Notes: generated by a model not told the origin, from the letters alone. A stretch of 64,000 bases of DNA from Blastocystis sp. Blastoise (GCA_039096225.1 JBBPEB010000011.1:62001-126000); one strand, 5' to 3'. Numbered from the stretch's first letter, positions 15,535-36,691 are shown. Translations and numbers: made by a program.

Positions 15535-18038
15535 ATGGAACAATTCGAAAAAGAAAGTGTCTTATTTCAGTATGTGCTGCTTATTTTATTTCTTCTAAAT
15601 TTATATGTTTAAATTAATATAGGAGTCATCAGCGCTCATTAAAGTTAAAGACTAGTGAAGTTATTGTTACTGCAGGTGATAGTTTTTTATTACCTATTCT
15701 GATTAACAAGCCTAATACAATTTTACAATGGATCTTTCATACTCAAGATTATGATATTGATTTTGGTGTTACAGGAAGAGAAGTAGATTTAAATGATCCT
15801 ACTCAGGATCATTCTAAAGTTGATGAGGATGGATTTGAACCTGATATCGTTGAGGTTCAACGTTGTCCTGCTAATGTTCCTCAACAAGGTCAAATTGTTA
15901 TTCCTCAAACAGGTATGTATTATATTCTTTGGGATAATAGTTATTCTTGGATAAGAGAAAAACATATTGTTTATTCGGTTGAACTTGTTTTCCCTGAACC
16001 TACTGTTGAAGAAGCTAGAAGTCTTGGAGTGTATATATTTTATTATATTTTATAAATGATTTTTTTTTTTAGTAAGCTTTCATTGTTTATTTTTTTATAA
16101 AATTTATATTTATAAATTTATATTAGATTTCATTTTTTATTATAATTATATATTTATATGATGAATTATTATTATTATAAATTTATATTTTTTCTAATCA
16201 ACAAATATATTTCTATTTAGTAAGATTGTAGAAGAGATTGAAAAACATAATCAATTATCAGATAATTATAATAATGAGAGTAATACATTAAAGCAATCAA
16301 TTTCTACTTTAGAGAACGATATACAAGAAAAACAAGATTTAATTAAGAAGTTACAAGTATAGATTATAGATTTATAATTATTACTTATATTTATAATGAT
16401 TTCTTATTTTTTTTGTTTCTATATATATGTAAATATTTATAATGATTTCTTATTTTTTTTTGTTTCTATATAAATATGTATATACTTATTATATAATCTA
16501 TATAGGAAGAGATATCTGTATTTGAAGTTGAAAAGAATGAAAAGACTGTTTCTTACAACAGTATTATAAATAAGAAGAAGCAAGAAGATGATATCCTTCA
16601 TAATTGTTATGTATTATCTCCTTTTTATTTGGAGGGAAATCGTATATTTAGTTATTTATCAGGAGATGATCTTGTTCGACTGTATATATATAGATTATTA
16701 TAATTAAATCTATTATTGTTGAATCTATTATTAATAATTGTTTAATATTTATTGCTATTATTATTACATATTTATAGTCATTGTGTGAATCAATTATTTA
16801 AGAAGAGCGTTCAACAGGATTATATATGGCATGATGTATTTGAGAGGGAATCAAAAGATCAATTAGCTCTTTTATTAGTATATATATAGAGAAAATTATT
16901 ATATATATACTATTCTATAATTATATAAATATAGAGAAATAATTGGATATTACAGAAATGGCATTTATTTAAACCGGATCAACAACCTCCTGTATATGAT
17001 TATTATGCTCATCAAGAACAGAAGAAGAAGGAGAAAGAAGAGAAGAAGGAAGATATTCACGTTGAATCTATAATTGAACCTGTTAAGGAAGAAGGTGTTG
17101 TTGAAGAAAAGAAGGAAGAAGAAGAAGCTGTTGTTGTTGAAGAAAAGAAGGAAGAAGAAGAAGCTGTTGTTGAAGAAAAGAAAGAAGAAACAACAATTGT
17201 TGAAGAAAAGAAGGAAGAAGAAACTGTTGAAGAAAAGAAAGAAGAAATTATTGTTGAAGAACCAAAGAAAGAAGAAGAAGCTATTGTAGAAGAAAAGAAG
17301 GAAGAAGCTATTGTTGAAGAACCAAAGAAAGAAGAAACTGAAACAGTTGCTGTTGAAGAACCAAAGAAAGAAGAAGCTATTGAAGAAGAAAAGAAAGAAG
17401 AAACAACAATTGAAGAACCAAAGAAAGAAGAAACAACAATTGAAGAACCAAAGAAAGAAACAACAATTGAAGAACCAAAGAAAGAAACAACAATTGAAGA
17501 ACCAAAGAAAGAAGAAGCAACAATTGAAGAACCTTTAAAGGATAATAATAATAAGCAAGAAGATAATTTGGTTTCTACTTCTCATCAAGAACGTTTAGGT
17601 AGTGAGTCGGAGATTGTTATGCATATAGAGACAGTTCCTGGCGAAACTCATGATTCTACTACTACTACTAGTGTTGATACTAGTAATATACCTACTGTTG
17701 AAGATAATAAAGATACTGAAACACAACAATTATCTAATTTAACTGAACTTCAGTTACTTTATTCTATTAAAAGTAATCAGGGATGGTATATCAATACTCA
17801 AGAACAATGCTATTATATTTATTTCTCAGATCCTGCTACTCAAAAATTTGAAGTATGGACAGGTCCTGTTTCTTTAGCCTTATTAGATCAATTATATACT
17901 AAAACAAAACATAGTAGTGTATTAATTGCATGTCCTGGTACTACACAAGGTCAAAGTGGCTATTATATCGATAGACATAGAAAAGTTACTCAATGGACTG
18001 TATCCAATCAAGGTTGGTCAGAAGTTATTCATAATTAA
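15535..18038 (+). CDS. GOLD-domain + coiled-coil + F-box-like protein with EEKKEE/EEPKKE repeats
   Basis: Exon 2 has the GOLD-type motifs WIFHTQDYDIDFG and GMYYILWDNSYSWIREKHIVY. Later exons give the F-box-like IFSYLSGDDLVRLHCVNQLFKKSVQQDYIW. An acidic repeat tract spans about 17080-17535. Confidence 0.72.
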
Positions 18039-19582
18039 GTAGACTTTATATAAGTCTTTCCAAAATATAATCCTTTTAAAAAATATTTTATTATATTACT
18101 TTACTATTTCTTTTCTTTTTATATTATTTTTGTGTCTACAATAACTAATCCTATATATATTATATTTTTCTATTATTATTGAAAGAAGAAAACAAGTAAT
18201 ATATTATGTATTATCTTTATTTTTCTATTATTGTCTACTCAACATCGATGACACTGTTCTCATTTATAAATATAAATTGTTTTGGTTTCTATAACGACTA
18301 TCATCTAAACTATATTTTATTATTATTATTATTATTTTTGATAAAAAGCAAAAATAAATGAAATCTAAGTTATCGAATCATATACAAAATTATCATACAC
18401 ACATGATAAGAACCTATTGATTGAATCCAATCCATTTAATTCTTTGACCTTTTAATTTCAATGATCTTCATTTCTTTGCTATTTCCTTCAAATACATAAA
18501 TATTCATAGACTAATTGACTTCCTTGTTGTTGTAGTATATTCACCCATTTATGATTTATAGGAAAAATTTCCAATAACAAAACGATATCTTTTAACAAAA
18601 CACAACTAGCTTCAATTCCAGATGACACATAGTTGGTTGTTATTTCTAAATGCTTTGTTTTATTGGATGAACGAAATTCTAGATATTTTTATTCGCTTAT
18701 CTTTACGTTGGAGTGACTCATTAATAAAAAGCAATTGAATTTACAAAAGACTCTTTCTTATTATCTTTTCGTCATTATGCTTGATTCAAATGCGCAATTT
18801 CATATTTCTAGTGTTTTGTTTATAAGACACAAATAAAACTCACTGATACATAAAATATAAATACAAATAAACACTTTTTCTGACGATAGAATTATTCATA
18901 ACCAACAACTCATAAAAGTAACTGACTTAAAAAAACATTTTTAAATATGATCTCATTTTTTTATTATGTAGAAAAACAATTTTGGACAATATGAAGTAAA
19001 TAGTGATTTCTATTTTCTTTTTAATATCATATAGAAACATTATAAATTTGCTGAACATTGTCTTTTTTACATAATTTAAAAAGAAATATAAGTAATTCGA
19101 GTTGTTGCATTCAAGTTAATACGTGATTCAAAGTCAACAAAGTAAGATTTTAATGTTAGAGAATATATCAAATAATGTATATATATATGTAATAAATTGG
19201 ATCTTTTTGTGTGTGGTATAGTGGTGAATCCTTTAATATTTCAACAATATAAAGAAGCCAAATGCCTAAACTGAAATATATGATGATACATGCATCGTCA
19301 TCAATCTCATAGTCAACAACAATCTCCATCGTCTTCCAGATTGTTTTTTAAAATCCCCGTAGATATAATTATAATTATTAGTTAAATATAAAAAATAATT
19401 CTGGGAAAAACGAGTTGATTCAATTTGGGATCTAATCTAAGAAAAGCCATTTGCTTCTTCTCAAGTAATCATTGGTGTTCTATTCAGATTTTTAAATCCC
19501 TACAGAGTCGTCTTTCGTGGAAATCGAATCTTTTTATCCAAGAGATCAGTGTTTTTAATGATTTTTTTATCTGTGTATTCTT

Positions 19583-21106
19583 ATGACCTTTAATCGAGCT
19601 TCCAAGTGTATCTCATTTCTATTCCATCATCTTCTAATTAAAATATAAAATAATATTTGACAAACAATCATATATTTGTTTTGTTTTCTTCATTTTTTAA
19701 TTATTTTGTTTTGTAGCTGTTGATACGATGAATGCTCTTAGAAAAATATTCGATATGACAAAGGAAGATATGTTAAAATTATCAACCTACTGTCAACAAG
19801 AAATTAAAAGTGGTTTAAAGAATGAAGTTTCTGATTTAAAGATGCTACCTTCTTTTGTTACAAATCTTGCTAAAGGTATATATAAAATAAATAATATTTA
19901 AAAAAAGAAAATTTTTTCTTCATTTAAGTGTAAATAATCTATTATATTTTATTACTTTATATAGGAACTGAAGTAGGTTATGCTTTAGCTTTAGATTTAG
20001 GTGGTACTAATTGTCGTGTTGTTAATTTCCATTTCTTAGGTAATGGTGTAGTTGAACCTGTTAAAGAAGTAAAAAAGACTATTCCTAAAGAATATATGTA
20101 TGGAACTGCTGATGAATTATATGGATTTTTAGCTCAAGCTATTAAAGAAGCTGATCCAGCTCCTAAGAGTAAACTTGGTTTTACTTTTTCATTTCCTTCT
20201 GAACAACATTCACTTAATGATTGTACTTTAGTTATTTGGACTAAAGGTTTTGCTACTGCTGGATGTGTAGGAAAAAGTCCTGTTAAACTTTTAGAAGAAC
20301 AATTAAAGAAATTAAATGTTGATGTTGAAATTGTAGCTATTTGTAATGATACTGTTGGTACTCTTATTTCTAGATCTTATTATGATCCTTTTTGTACTAT
20401 TGGTGTTATTTTAGGAACAGGTTCTAATGTAGCTTATTATGAAAAACTTGATAATATTATAAAATATGATAATAAGAATCATGATGAAAAGATGATCGTA
20501 AATATGGAATGTGGTGCTTTAGGAGATAGAGATCATTCTTGCTTACCTTTTTCAGAATTAGATGCATTTCTTGATCCTACTACACCTAATGTAGGTAAAC
20601 AAACTACAGAAAAGATGATGAGTGGCTTATATTTAGGTGAAATCACTCGTTTATGGATTATGGAAATGTGGCAAAAGAAAGAAATCTTTGTGGATCAAGA
20701 TTTATCAAAATTAATTTTTTCGAAACCTCATACTTTTGATACTCCTATTTTATCAGAAATATTACGTGATGTATCTGTTGATTTAGAACGTATTAATTAT
20801 ATACTTAAAGAACAAGGTATTGTCAATACTACTTATGAAGATAGAAGAAAAATATATGAAATTGTTGATTTAGTCATGACTCGATCTGCTCGTGTTCTTG
20901 CTTCTATTTTACATGCTATTTATCAACAAACTAATGATTTTGATACTCGTGGAACTGTTGGTGTTGATGGAAGTGTTTATAAACATGTTCCTGGATATCA
21001 AAATAAACTTCAACATGCTTTACAAATGTTAGGTCTTTCTCCTGTTGTAGGTCTTGCTGAAGATGGATCCGGTATTGGTGCTGCTCTTATTGCTTATACT
21101 GCTTAA
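19583..21106 (+). CDS. HK: Hexokinase (3 exons)
   Basis: LKMLPSFV, ALDLGGTNCRV, LGFTFSFP, WTKGF, NDTVGT, GVILGTGSN, NMECG, EKMMSGLYLGE, DGSVY, EDGSGIGAA. The start at 19583 is inferred from an in-frame upstream exon; 19728 is the alternative. Confidence 0.95.
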
Positions 21107-22070
21107 GTCATTTGCAATGCTTATATAAATATATATATATTTTTTTAAAAAGAAAACTATATATTATCTATTTTTTTTTTATCATTTGTATTATTATCAA
21201 TACAATTTGTATTATGTGTGTTTTTTAATCTATTTATATATGTATACTTTATTATTTTATCCTTTTGAATATATATGCTTTTTTTTCTTTACTATTTTTG
21301 TTATTATCGATTGATTTCTTGTATTATTTGTGTTTTTTTTCTCTTTTATCAATCTATATATAACACTATATCTGTGTGTATTACTTTATAATATTCTACA
21401 TATACTCATAAATATTTTATCTTATTTCTTATTACAATTATAAATTGCCTTCTATATAGCCTATACTAAATTTTTATTTTATTTTTTTAAAAATAAACAT
21501 TCAAGAAGATTTTGCTTCATTTATTTTTGTTTTGTTATTTTTTATTATTTATTTGTGTTTATAATCCTTTTAAAGATCAATATAATATAAAACAAATAAC
21601 GTTATACCATGCTTTCCTTATTCAAATTAAATTTTTATATTTTTAAATGTATATTATAGTTTTATTTGATAATATACGGCTTGCATTCTATGTAAATAAA
21701 AGAAAAACTATAATATAACTACAAATATCACCCAAAAAATCAAAAGTTATTTCTAATTAGAAATTGATTTGTTAAGAAATATATAAGTATGAATGTTCAC
21801 AATATTTGTAAACAAAAAAAAGACAACTTTTTTCTTTTATAAAAAGAAACGATCAAGAAAAAGTTCCCACAATAAAAAAAGAAATAATTCTTAGAAACAT
21901 GATTATTCACTTTTCTCGTAGTATTTTATTTGAAAAATCAATCAAATTGAAAAGACAACTTTTTTGTTTTATTTTTGTCAAGAACACCTAGCATTCTATT
22001 ATTTATTCAATCATATTATTATCTTTAACTAGTAGAATTATACTGTGTCAATTTTGTTAGGAAAATAATT

Positions 22071-25292
<3,222 letters not shown>

Positions 25293-25716
25293 TGATAACT
25301 TCTATATATATATTTATGATATTATTCTCACATTATTCCTTTCTTTTTATTTATATATTAATTCTACTTTTTTTCAAATTATGTTTTTTTCCTTTTATTT
25401 TTCTTTTTTGTTTTTGTTACAATAAATCTGCGTTTCCCATAAAGTTACTATTTTGTTTTTTATATTATTCTTATATAAATGGATATTCATACATTATAAA
25501 AACTTCTATGACAATTAATGAATATCAATAAAACAATTCTGTATAGTATTATAAGTACAGAGAAGTCATAACGTTTTACTTACAAAATATAGGATACAAT
25601 AAAGGTAATATAATTGATTAATAGATAATATTTTTAAATAATAGATACACATTGATATTTCAAAAAAAAATATAGATATATATAGAAATAAAAAAAGAAA
25701 AATCGTAAACGGATAC

Positions 25717-30051
<4,335 letters not shown>

Positions 30052-30184
30052 ACTAATTAATCAATATAAAATAACAATATTATCCAGGTAATCAATATAT
30101 TAAATAGAGTATTTCATTCAGCATGAAAATCAAAATAAAACTTGAACACTTTTCTTTATATATAGGGAGATATGTACTTTGTAG

Positions 30185-30472
30185 TAGGGTTCGCCATAGG
30201 TTACCCAGGGTAGGGACTCTACCCCAGAAATTTTTTTGTCCTACGCCTTGAACCGCCAGAAGTTTTCTTAAAACTGGCTCTTTTGGGAATTCTGTATCCC
30301 AGCAGAGTCTTCGTCAGCGTTCGCCATAGGTTACCCAGGGTAGGGACTCTACCCCAGACATTTTTGTCCTACGCCTTGAACCGCCAGAAGTACTCTTAAA
30401 ACTGGCTCTTTGGGGAATTGTGTATCCCAGTAGAGTCTTCGTATTGAACCCTGGTCTTCGTGTTGAACCCTG
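30185..30472. mobile_element. Nested pair of ~140-bp hAT-type MITEs (inner copy 30315-30453)
   Basis: The outer copy starts TAGGGTTCGCCATAG. The inner copy CAGCGTTCGCC...GAACCCTG is flanked by GTCTTCGT on both sides (30307-30314 and 30454-30461). The outer end GTTGAACCCTG then resumes. A degenerate half copy follows at about 30480-30545. Confidence 0.9.
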
Positions 30473-31394
30473 CCAAAAAAATCTCTTCAAAACTGAATCT
30501 TTTGAGACAAGTATATCCCAAGAGAGTCTTTATGGCAAACATTTCACGAAAATTAACCAATTTTTTATTTTAAATTTTGATTGTTTTTTCTTTATAATAT
30601 CTATTTAAAACACTTTACACAGAATGTATTGTCATGAAAAATACGTTGACCTCAATATAGAAATCAAAAATAATCATTTCACTCAAAATTGAAATAATAG
30701 GATGATATGTAAACGATAAAAAAATAGTATCGATGCGTTTACTGGTCCATGGAAAAGACTAATGAGTAGCTTCAGAATGAATTCATTGCTTCTCCTTTGA
30801 AATCAACATATTTTTCTTTTCTATGTCTTGATATTTCATTAGTATGTGATTTCTATGGTGGAATCGATTAATTCTAGTATCATTCGTTATGATAGCTTGG
30901 AGAACCTTTCTTATTCTCTTGATTTTTAAATGAATTCTATCATGATTTCATATAAAAACAAATTCTTGTGTCTATACTATTTAAGATACAAATGATATAC
31001 TATACAAGATATTGTATAATAGTTCTTAATTCATCTATAGTGAATGCTAAACATAGTATTCCAAACAAAAAAAATTCTATCTATTTTTGGTCTTTACATA
31101 TAAAGTATTCTAAATACACTCACTATTAAGAAAATGAGTTTTTTTTTATTTATTCATTTTTAACTATTAAGAATATGTAGTGTTCAAAATATTTTTTTAT
31201 ATAACGAATAGAATGATATATGTATATATTCTTTTAGAATCTAACAACACAAGTTATTCTTATCATATATTCATATGAAAACAAAGGATAGAATTAACAT
31301 AAGATATATATAAATGATCTATGACTAAATAAATAAATAAAAAAACAATAAACAGAATTAAAAAATAATACATAATAAAAAGAAATCATAGTAT

Positions 31395-32489
31395 TTAACT
31401 TTCACTAGGATTTGTAATTAATTGAAGAATATGTGTTCCATTGAAATGTTCTTTAATACGATCATATTCACAATCTTCACAGAAGTATATAGCTTTACAA
31501 TTAATACACTTGAATCGAATTCCTACAATTCGATTCGAACCACAAAGACAACAACGATACTGTTTATCATGTAGAATATAGTTATCTTTATCAGGTAAAT
31601 CATATTGAAATTTCATCTTTGTTTCTTTAGTAATAATTGGTTGATATTTCTTAGCTTCTGGCCAATTAAATTTGAAGCCACAACCACTTTGGTAATTTCC
31701 ACCATCTGTATCTTGACCACAAATCATACGCTCACAACCACTTATTCTTTGAATAATACGATTACATCTTGGACAGTAACGAGACTCCCTAGCTAAACGT
31801 AATTCATCAGCTTTTAATGCTTCATAATTATCCTTTACTCTCTTTGCTTCTTTTTCAAATTCTTCTTTCTTTGCCTTCCAATCTTTAAAAACACCCTTCA
31901 TTTCTTGTCTTTCTACCATACGATCATATTTTGCACTAGCTCTCCATTGATTATATTTCAATTCCATAAAATCTCTTTCTAAACAACCAACAGAATAATG
32001 AGCCAATTTTTCACATATAGTACAGGTACAAGTATGACATTTAGGACATTCAATATCCATTCTAACAGTACGGCACTCATTTGAAACAGGAAGTAATAGA
32101 CCACAATCTGGATTGCAACAACGAATACTAATAGATCTATTAATCTCTTTTGCATAATGATCAGATAAAACAGTACAATAATGTTCAAACTCAGGATTAT
32201 TTGAATCACCATTGCACATAACGCAAGCATATTCATCAGGTTTCAAGATATACTCTACATCACTGCAAAAAGGGCATTTAGGGAGGTTGCCATTTTCAGG
32301 AAAGCCACTAAATTGTTGGTGAAGACATTCGTAGCACACCACATGATGATGTTTACAATTCATCACATACATTTCATCAGCTGTTTTTTCAATGGAACAT
32401 ACACTACAAAATAAATCAGGTATATCAAATACAGATTCTTCTTCAACATTAGGATCAAAAGATTCATAATTTTCACTTGGATTATCCAT
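31395..32489 (-). CDS. RBR (RING-IBR-RING) E3 ubiquitin ligase-like protein with C-terminal ZZ finger
   Basis: RING1 CSVC..C.HHHVVCYEC..CPFC; IBR CCNPDC..CPKC..CTIC..H..C; Rcat CPRCNRIIQRISGCERMIC..C..F.W; ZZ CCLC..IVGIRFKCINC..FCEDC. The CDS has no introns. Confidence 0.85.
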   Translation of the reverse strand: MDNPSENYESFDPNVEEESVFDIPDLFCSVCSIEKTADEMYVMNCKHHHVVCYECLHQQFSGFPENGNLPKCPFCSDVEYILKPDEYACVMCNGDSNNPEFEHYCTVLSDHYAKEINRSISIRCCNPDCGLLLPVSNECRTVRMDIECPKCHTCTCTICEKLAHYSVGCLERDFMELKYNQWRASAKYDRMVERQEMKGVFKDWKAKKEEFEKEAKRVKDNYEALKADELRLARESRYCPRCNRIIQRISGCERMICGQDTDGGNYQSGCGFKFNWPEAKKYQPIITKETKMKFQYDLPDKDNYILHDKQYRCCLCGSNRIVGIRFKCINCKAIYFCEDCEYDRIKEHFNGTHILQLITNPSES

Positions 32490-32692
32490 TTCTTCTTTTA
32501 TAATTTTCCTATAAACAAAAATAAAATTTAAAAAATACACTTTTTATTTAAAAAACAACTTTTACTAGAATTCATTTTTTTAGTTCACTAGATATTCATA
32601 TATAGTTAAGAACTCATTAAATTATATTTTTATATATAAATATCAGCACAGCAATATCATAACAGTTCTTTCTATATTCATGTTTATAAAAT

Positions 32693-32789
32693 CACTATTA
32701 GGCACTTTTGACCTTTTAGAATAAATGATTGGCAGAATTCACATTTTTATCCAATCATTTTTCTTAAAACGTCAAAATGCCTAATAGTG
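32693..32789. mobile_element. 97-bp fold-back element with CACTA...TAGTG ends (CACTA/CMC-type MITE candidate)
   Basis: About 40-bp imperfect inverted arms: CACTATTAGGCACTTTTGACC..ATGATTGG and CCAATCAT..GTCAAAATGCCTAATAGTG. AT sits on both flanks. Confidence 0.6.
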
Positions 32790-33577
32790 ATGTAGTTTTA
32801 ATACAAAGATAGAAGAATTATAAAGAAATGTAGAAGAATAGTTTTTTAAACAATAGGTTTCAAAGTAACTAAAATAGAGAATGCATCGAAAAGTTAAAAT
32901 AATAGGTATAATTAAAATAGTAATAATTATTTTAATTTAATTAGCACACAATTACTAGTAATAAAGGATATATATATATTAAAAGTTATTGTATCAACAT
33001 AAATTTTTATAGTTTTATATGTTTTATATTTGCTATAGTTACTAAAAGGAATCAAAACATCCATGTCTTCTATGATTGTTGTCGATTTAGACCATATAAT
33101 TCTTTAAATATCATAAAATAAAATTATAGTCACTGTATAGTACATTATAACTTGATTGAAATATATTTTGCATACAAAAATCATTTATCAAATTTTTTTT
33201 AACTTGTTTATAGAATGGTTTTATAGAAGAAAAAACTTTTAACTAAATTTTTTGACCTCTTTTATTGTGAATAGAATACATATTTAATTCAATGTATTGA
33301 TCTAAGACATCAAGATACTATTTCGAAAAGATAAAATTGGTATAATTAAAGAATCTATAATAATCTTTGTAATAATTCTTATAATGATAACAACATACAA
33401 CAAAACAAAGAAATATACAATTTGAGAATAATAAATACATTAAATAAAACTTAAATATATATTCTAAAATTAAATTGAATATAGTATATGACAAAAATGA
33501 AAAAGAAATAATTTAAAATATGATATATTTAAATATAAAAAATGTTTGTAATATATATATATATATATAGGTAATTA

Positions 33578-34431
33578 TTACTTCTTACGAATAGGAAAAG
33601 CTCTTTCAAAAATAGGTAAAGTTAAGTCCGAATAAGCTTTTAATTTTGTTTTCTATATATGTATAATAAATTTATTTTATAATAAATAAAACATAATATT
33701 AAATAAAAAATAATATTAAATAAAACATAATATTAAATAAAAAATAATATTAAATAAAATATAATATTAAATAAAAAATAATATTAAATAAAATATAATA
33801 TTATATAAAATATGAAAAATAAAATATAAATATATAAAATATTAAAAAATAAGATATTAAAAAATAAAAAAATATTAAATAAAAAATTATTATATAAACT
33901 AAATAAACAATAAAATACATTGTCTTCAGAGAAATCATTAGAAACTGTAACAATTGAATCTCCTACAGCTGATACAGATGTATTATCTGCTATATCTCCT
34001 TCAACATGTGTTTTTGGAGCAATTTTACAACCTGATCCTATTGTTTTTGTATTAGGTCCAATAAAGCATCCTGCTCCAAATTCATTTGCATCTCCTATTA
34101 ACTATGTAGAAAATAAGAAAACAATAAGAAAAAATAAATTTATAATAATTATCTGAAAAAATACTTCACAACCTTCAATTCTAGTCCCAACATGTAACGA
34201 ATTAAACTTACCGATATTCATTCCTGGACATCCTTCAGGACATACGATTTTGCATTTGTCTTCAATAATCGTTCTATCACCAATAATGATAGGGCCACCA
34301 ATGGCTTTGATTTGAACTCGTGGATGAACGACAACAAATTTTCCTATTGTAATATCACCTTCAAGGATACAATCTCTAGAGATCTTGCTTAAAATAGGAA
34401 TAGCATAAACTTTCTTTTCCTTGGTTGCCAT
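33578..34431 (-). CDS. DCTN6: Dynactin subunit 6 (p27), left-handed beta-helix
   Basis: ILEGDITIGKFVVVHPRVQIKAIGGPIIIGDRTIIED..MNIGKFN..IGDANEF; 3 exons. Confidence 0.85.
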
Positions 34432-34623
34432 GGCGTAATAATAAAAAATAGTTTAAAAAATGAAATATTCAAAGTTTTTTATATTATTTTACTAAAATCC
34501 GACAAAATAAACATGATTCGTTATTATGGTCAACAACAATTTGTTTTAATCCTTAATTCTTCTTTATTTTATTGTACATATGTTTTATAGTGTTTTAGAT
34601 GTTGTTGAATATAGATATACAAT

Positions 34624-36691
34624 ATGAATAACATGAATTTGAAAGAATTTTTTGAACAATCCAATTGGAAAGATTTTGAACCAGAGCCATTGGAAGAAAT
34701 ATTTACTAATATATGTCCGATACAGTATACACGAGATTGTAAGCATATTCAATTGTGTTTATTATAAAATATATATATATTTTTTGTTAGTTTTGCTTCT
34801 TACAAGTTATTTTAAAGGAATCTTACGTGATAAAGAATTTTCAGAAAGGGCTTATCAATTAACATATCTTGTTATTAAAATAGATCCATCGAATTATTCA
34901 GCATGGTATTTAAATCAAATTTCTTCTGTTAATTTTTCTCATTGTTTATGAGTATAGGATTCATCGTCAGAAATGTATGGATAAATTAAATATTCCTTTA
35001 GAGTCTGATTTTGCTTTATGTGATTCTGTAATACAAAAAAATATAAAAAACTATCAAGCATGGTATTTTATATATAGATTATTTGACTTTTTTTAATTAT
35101 ATATAGATTATTTAGTTTTTTATTTATTTATATTATATATAGATTATTTGACTTTTTAATTTTATTATATATAGATTATTTATTTTTTTATTTATAATAT
35201 ATATAATATTTGACTTTTTAATTTTATTATATATAGATTTTTTAATTTTTTTATTTATAATATATATATAATATTTGACTTTTTTATATTATATATAAAT
35301 ATATAGGATGCATAGGAGATATATTGTGAGTCATACAAGTATTTTTGCAATATATATATATATATGATGAATTAACTATAGATAAATATGAGCAAGAATT
35401 AGAATATACAAAGAATATATTAAAAAAAGACGCTAAAAATATGCATGCTTGGCAACAACGTCAATATATTAATGAAACCTTTGACCAATGGGATGAGGAG
35501 TTAGAATACACAGCTAGTATTATATTTATTATATTTTTATATTATTATATTTTTATATTATTATATTTTTATATTATTATATTTTATTTTTATTATATTT
35601 ATTATATTATTATATTTATTATATTTATTATATTTATTATATTTATTATATTTATTATATTTATTATATTTATTATATTTATTATATTTATTATATTTAT
35701 TATATTTATTATATTTATTATATTTATTATATTTATTATATTTATTATATTTATTATATTATTATATTATTATATTTATTATATTTATTATATTTATTAT
35801 ATTATTATATTTATTATATTTATTATATTATTATATTTATTATATTTATTATATTATTATATTTATTATATTTATTATATTATTATATTAATTATATTAT
35901 TATATTAATTATATTATTATATTTATTATATTTATTATATTATTATATTTATTATATTTATTATATCATTATAATCATTATGTTTATTATAAATATATAT
36001 AAAGGTTTATTAGCTGAGGATATTCGTAATAATAGTGCATGGGTACATCGTTATAATACTATTCAACATCTTTATTCTATTCAAAAAGATGAGTCAATAT
36101 TAAAAGAAGAGATTGCTTATATAAAAATATCATTACAAATAACAATGCATAATACTTCTATATGGACATATATAAGAGGATTTATTCGTGATTATTCTAC
36201 TCCTTCTATTACATCACTTGAAAACTGGATTCTCGTTCTCTCTGTATATATATACATATACATATATATTACTATTATTTAATAAATTACATCATTATTC
36301 TATTAAAAAATATATTATTATTATTTAATATAAAATTTACATCATTACTCTATTAAAACATATATTATTATTTAATAAATTACATCATTATTCTATTAAA
36401 ACATATATATTATTATTTAATAAATTACATCATTATTCTATTAAAACATATATATTATTATATATAGAATGCCATACATGAAAATGAATATTGTTTATTA
36501 ACATGTGCTGATATATATATTAAACGTCAACAACCCGAAAGAGCTATAGAAGTATATCTCTTTATTCTATTTTTATCTCTTATATTCTATTATTCACTAT
36601 TTACTTATTATAGATGTATACACAATTACAAAATGTATGTCCATTTAGAAATCAATTATGGACTAATCTTATCAGCAACTTACAACATTAA
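34624..36691 (+). CDS. FNTA: Protein farnesyltransferase/geranylgeranyltransferase-I alpha subunit
   Basis: N-terminal WKDFEP..ICPIQY..YFKGIL..EFSERA. PFTA repeats PSNYSAWIHR, KNYQAWMHRR, AKNMHAWQQRQ, IRNNSAWVHRY and HNTSIWTYIRG. Confidence 0.9.
36273..36460. repeat. Intronic minisatellite (ATTACATCATTATTCTATTAAAA.. unit, about 4 copies)
   Basis: The unit recurs at about 36286, 36337, 36380 and 36424. Confidence 0.8.

Noticed and set aside
16591-16600. ATATCCTTC U12-like donor inside the GOLD/F-box gene
   Set aside because: There is no suitable branch site or AC acceptor, and the frame reads through normally (DDILH).
17074-17538. Lys/Arg-rich ORFs resembling protamine- or histone-like proteins
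   Set aside because: They are alternative-frame translations of the EEKKEE repeat exon.
30185-30472. CRISPR-like array, tRNA or structured ncRNA reading of the GC-rich repeats at 15.1, 30.2 and 50.1 kb
   Set aside because: There is no repeat-spacer pattern or cloverleaf. TIRs and 8-bp TSDs explain them as MITEs, and the ORFs overlapping them (15063, 30420, 50147, 50211) are spurious.
32906-32971. Possible third AT-AC intron on the minus strand (ATATCCTTT...TTTTAATTATAC)
   Set aside because: It lies outside any coding frame and the donor follows a TA run, so chance is plausible. It cannot be supported without transcripts.
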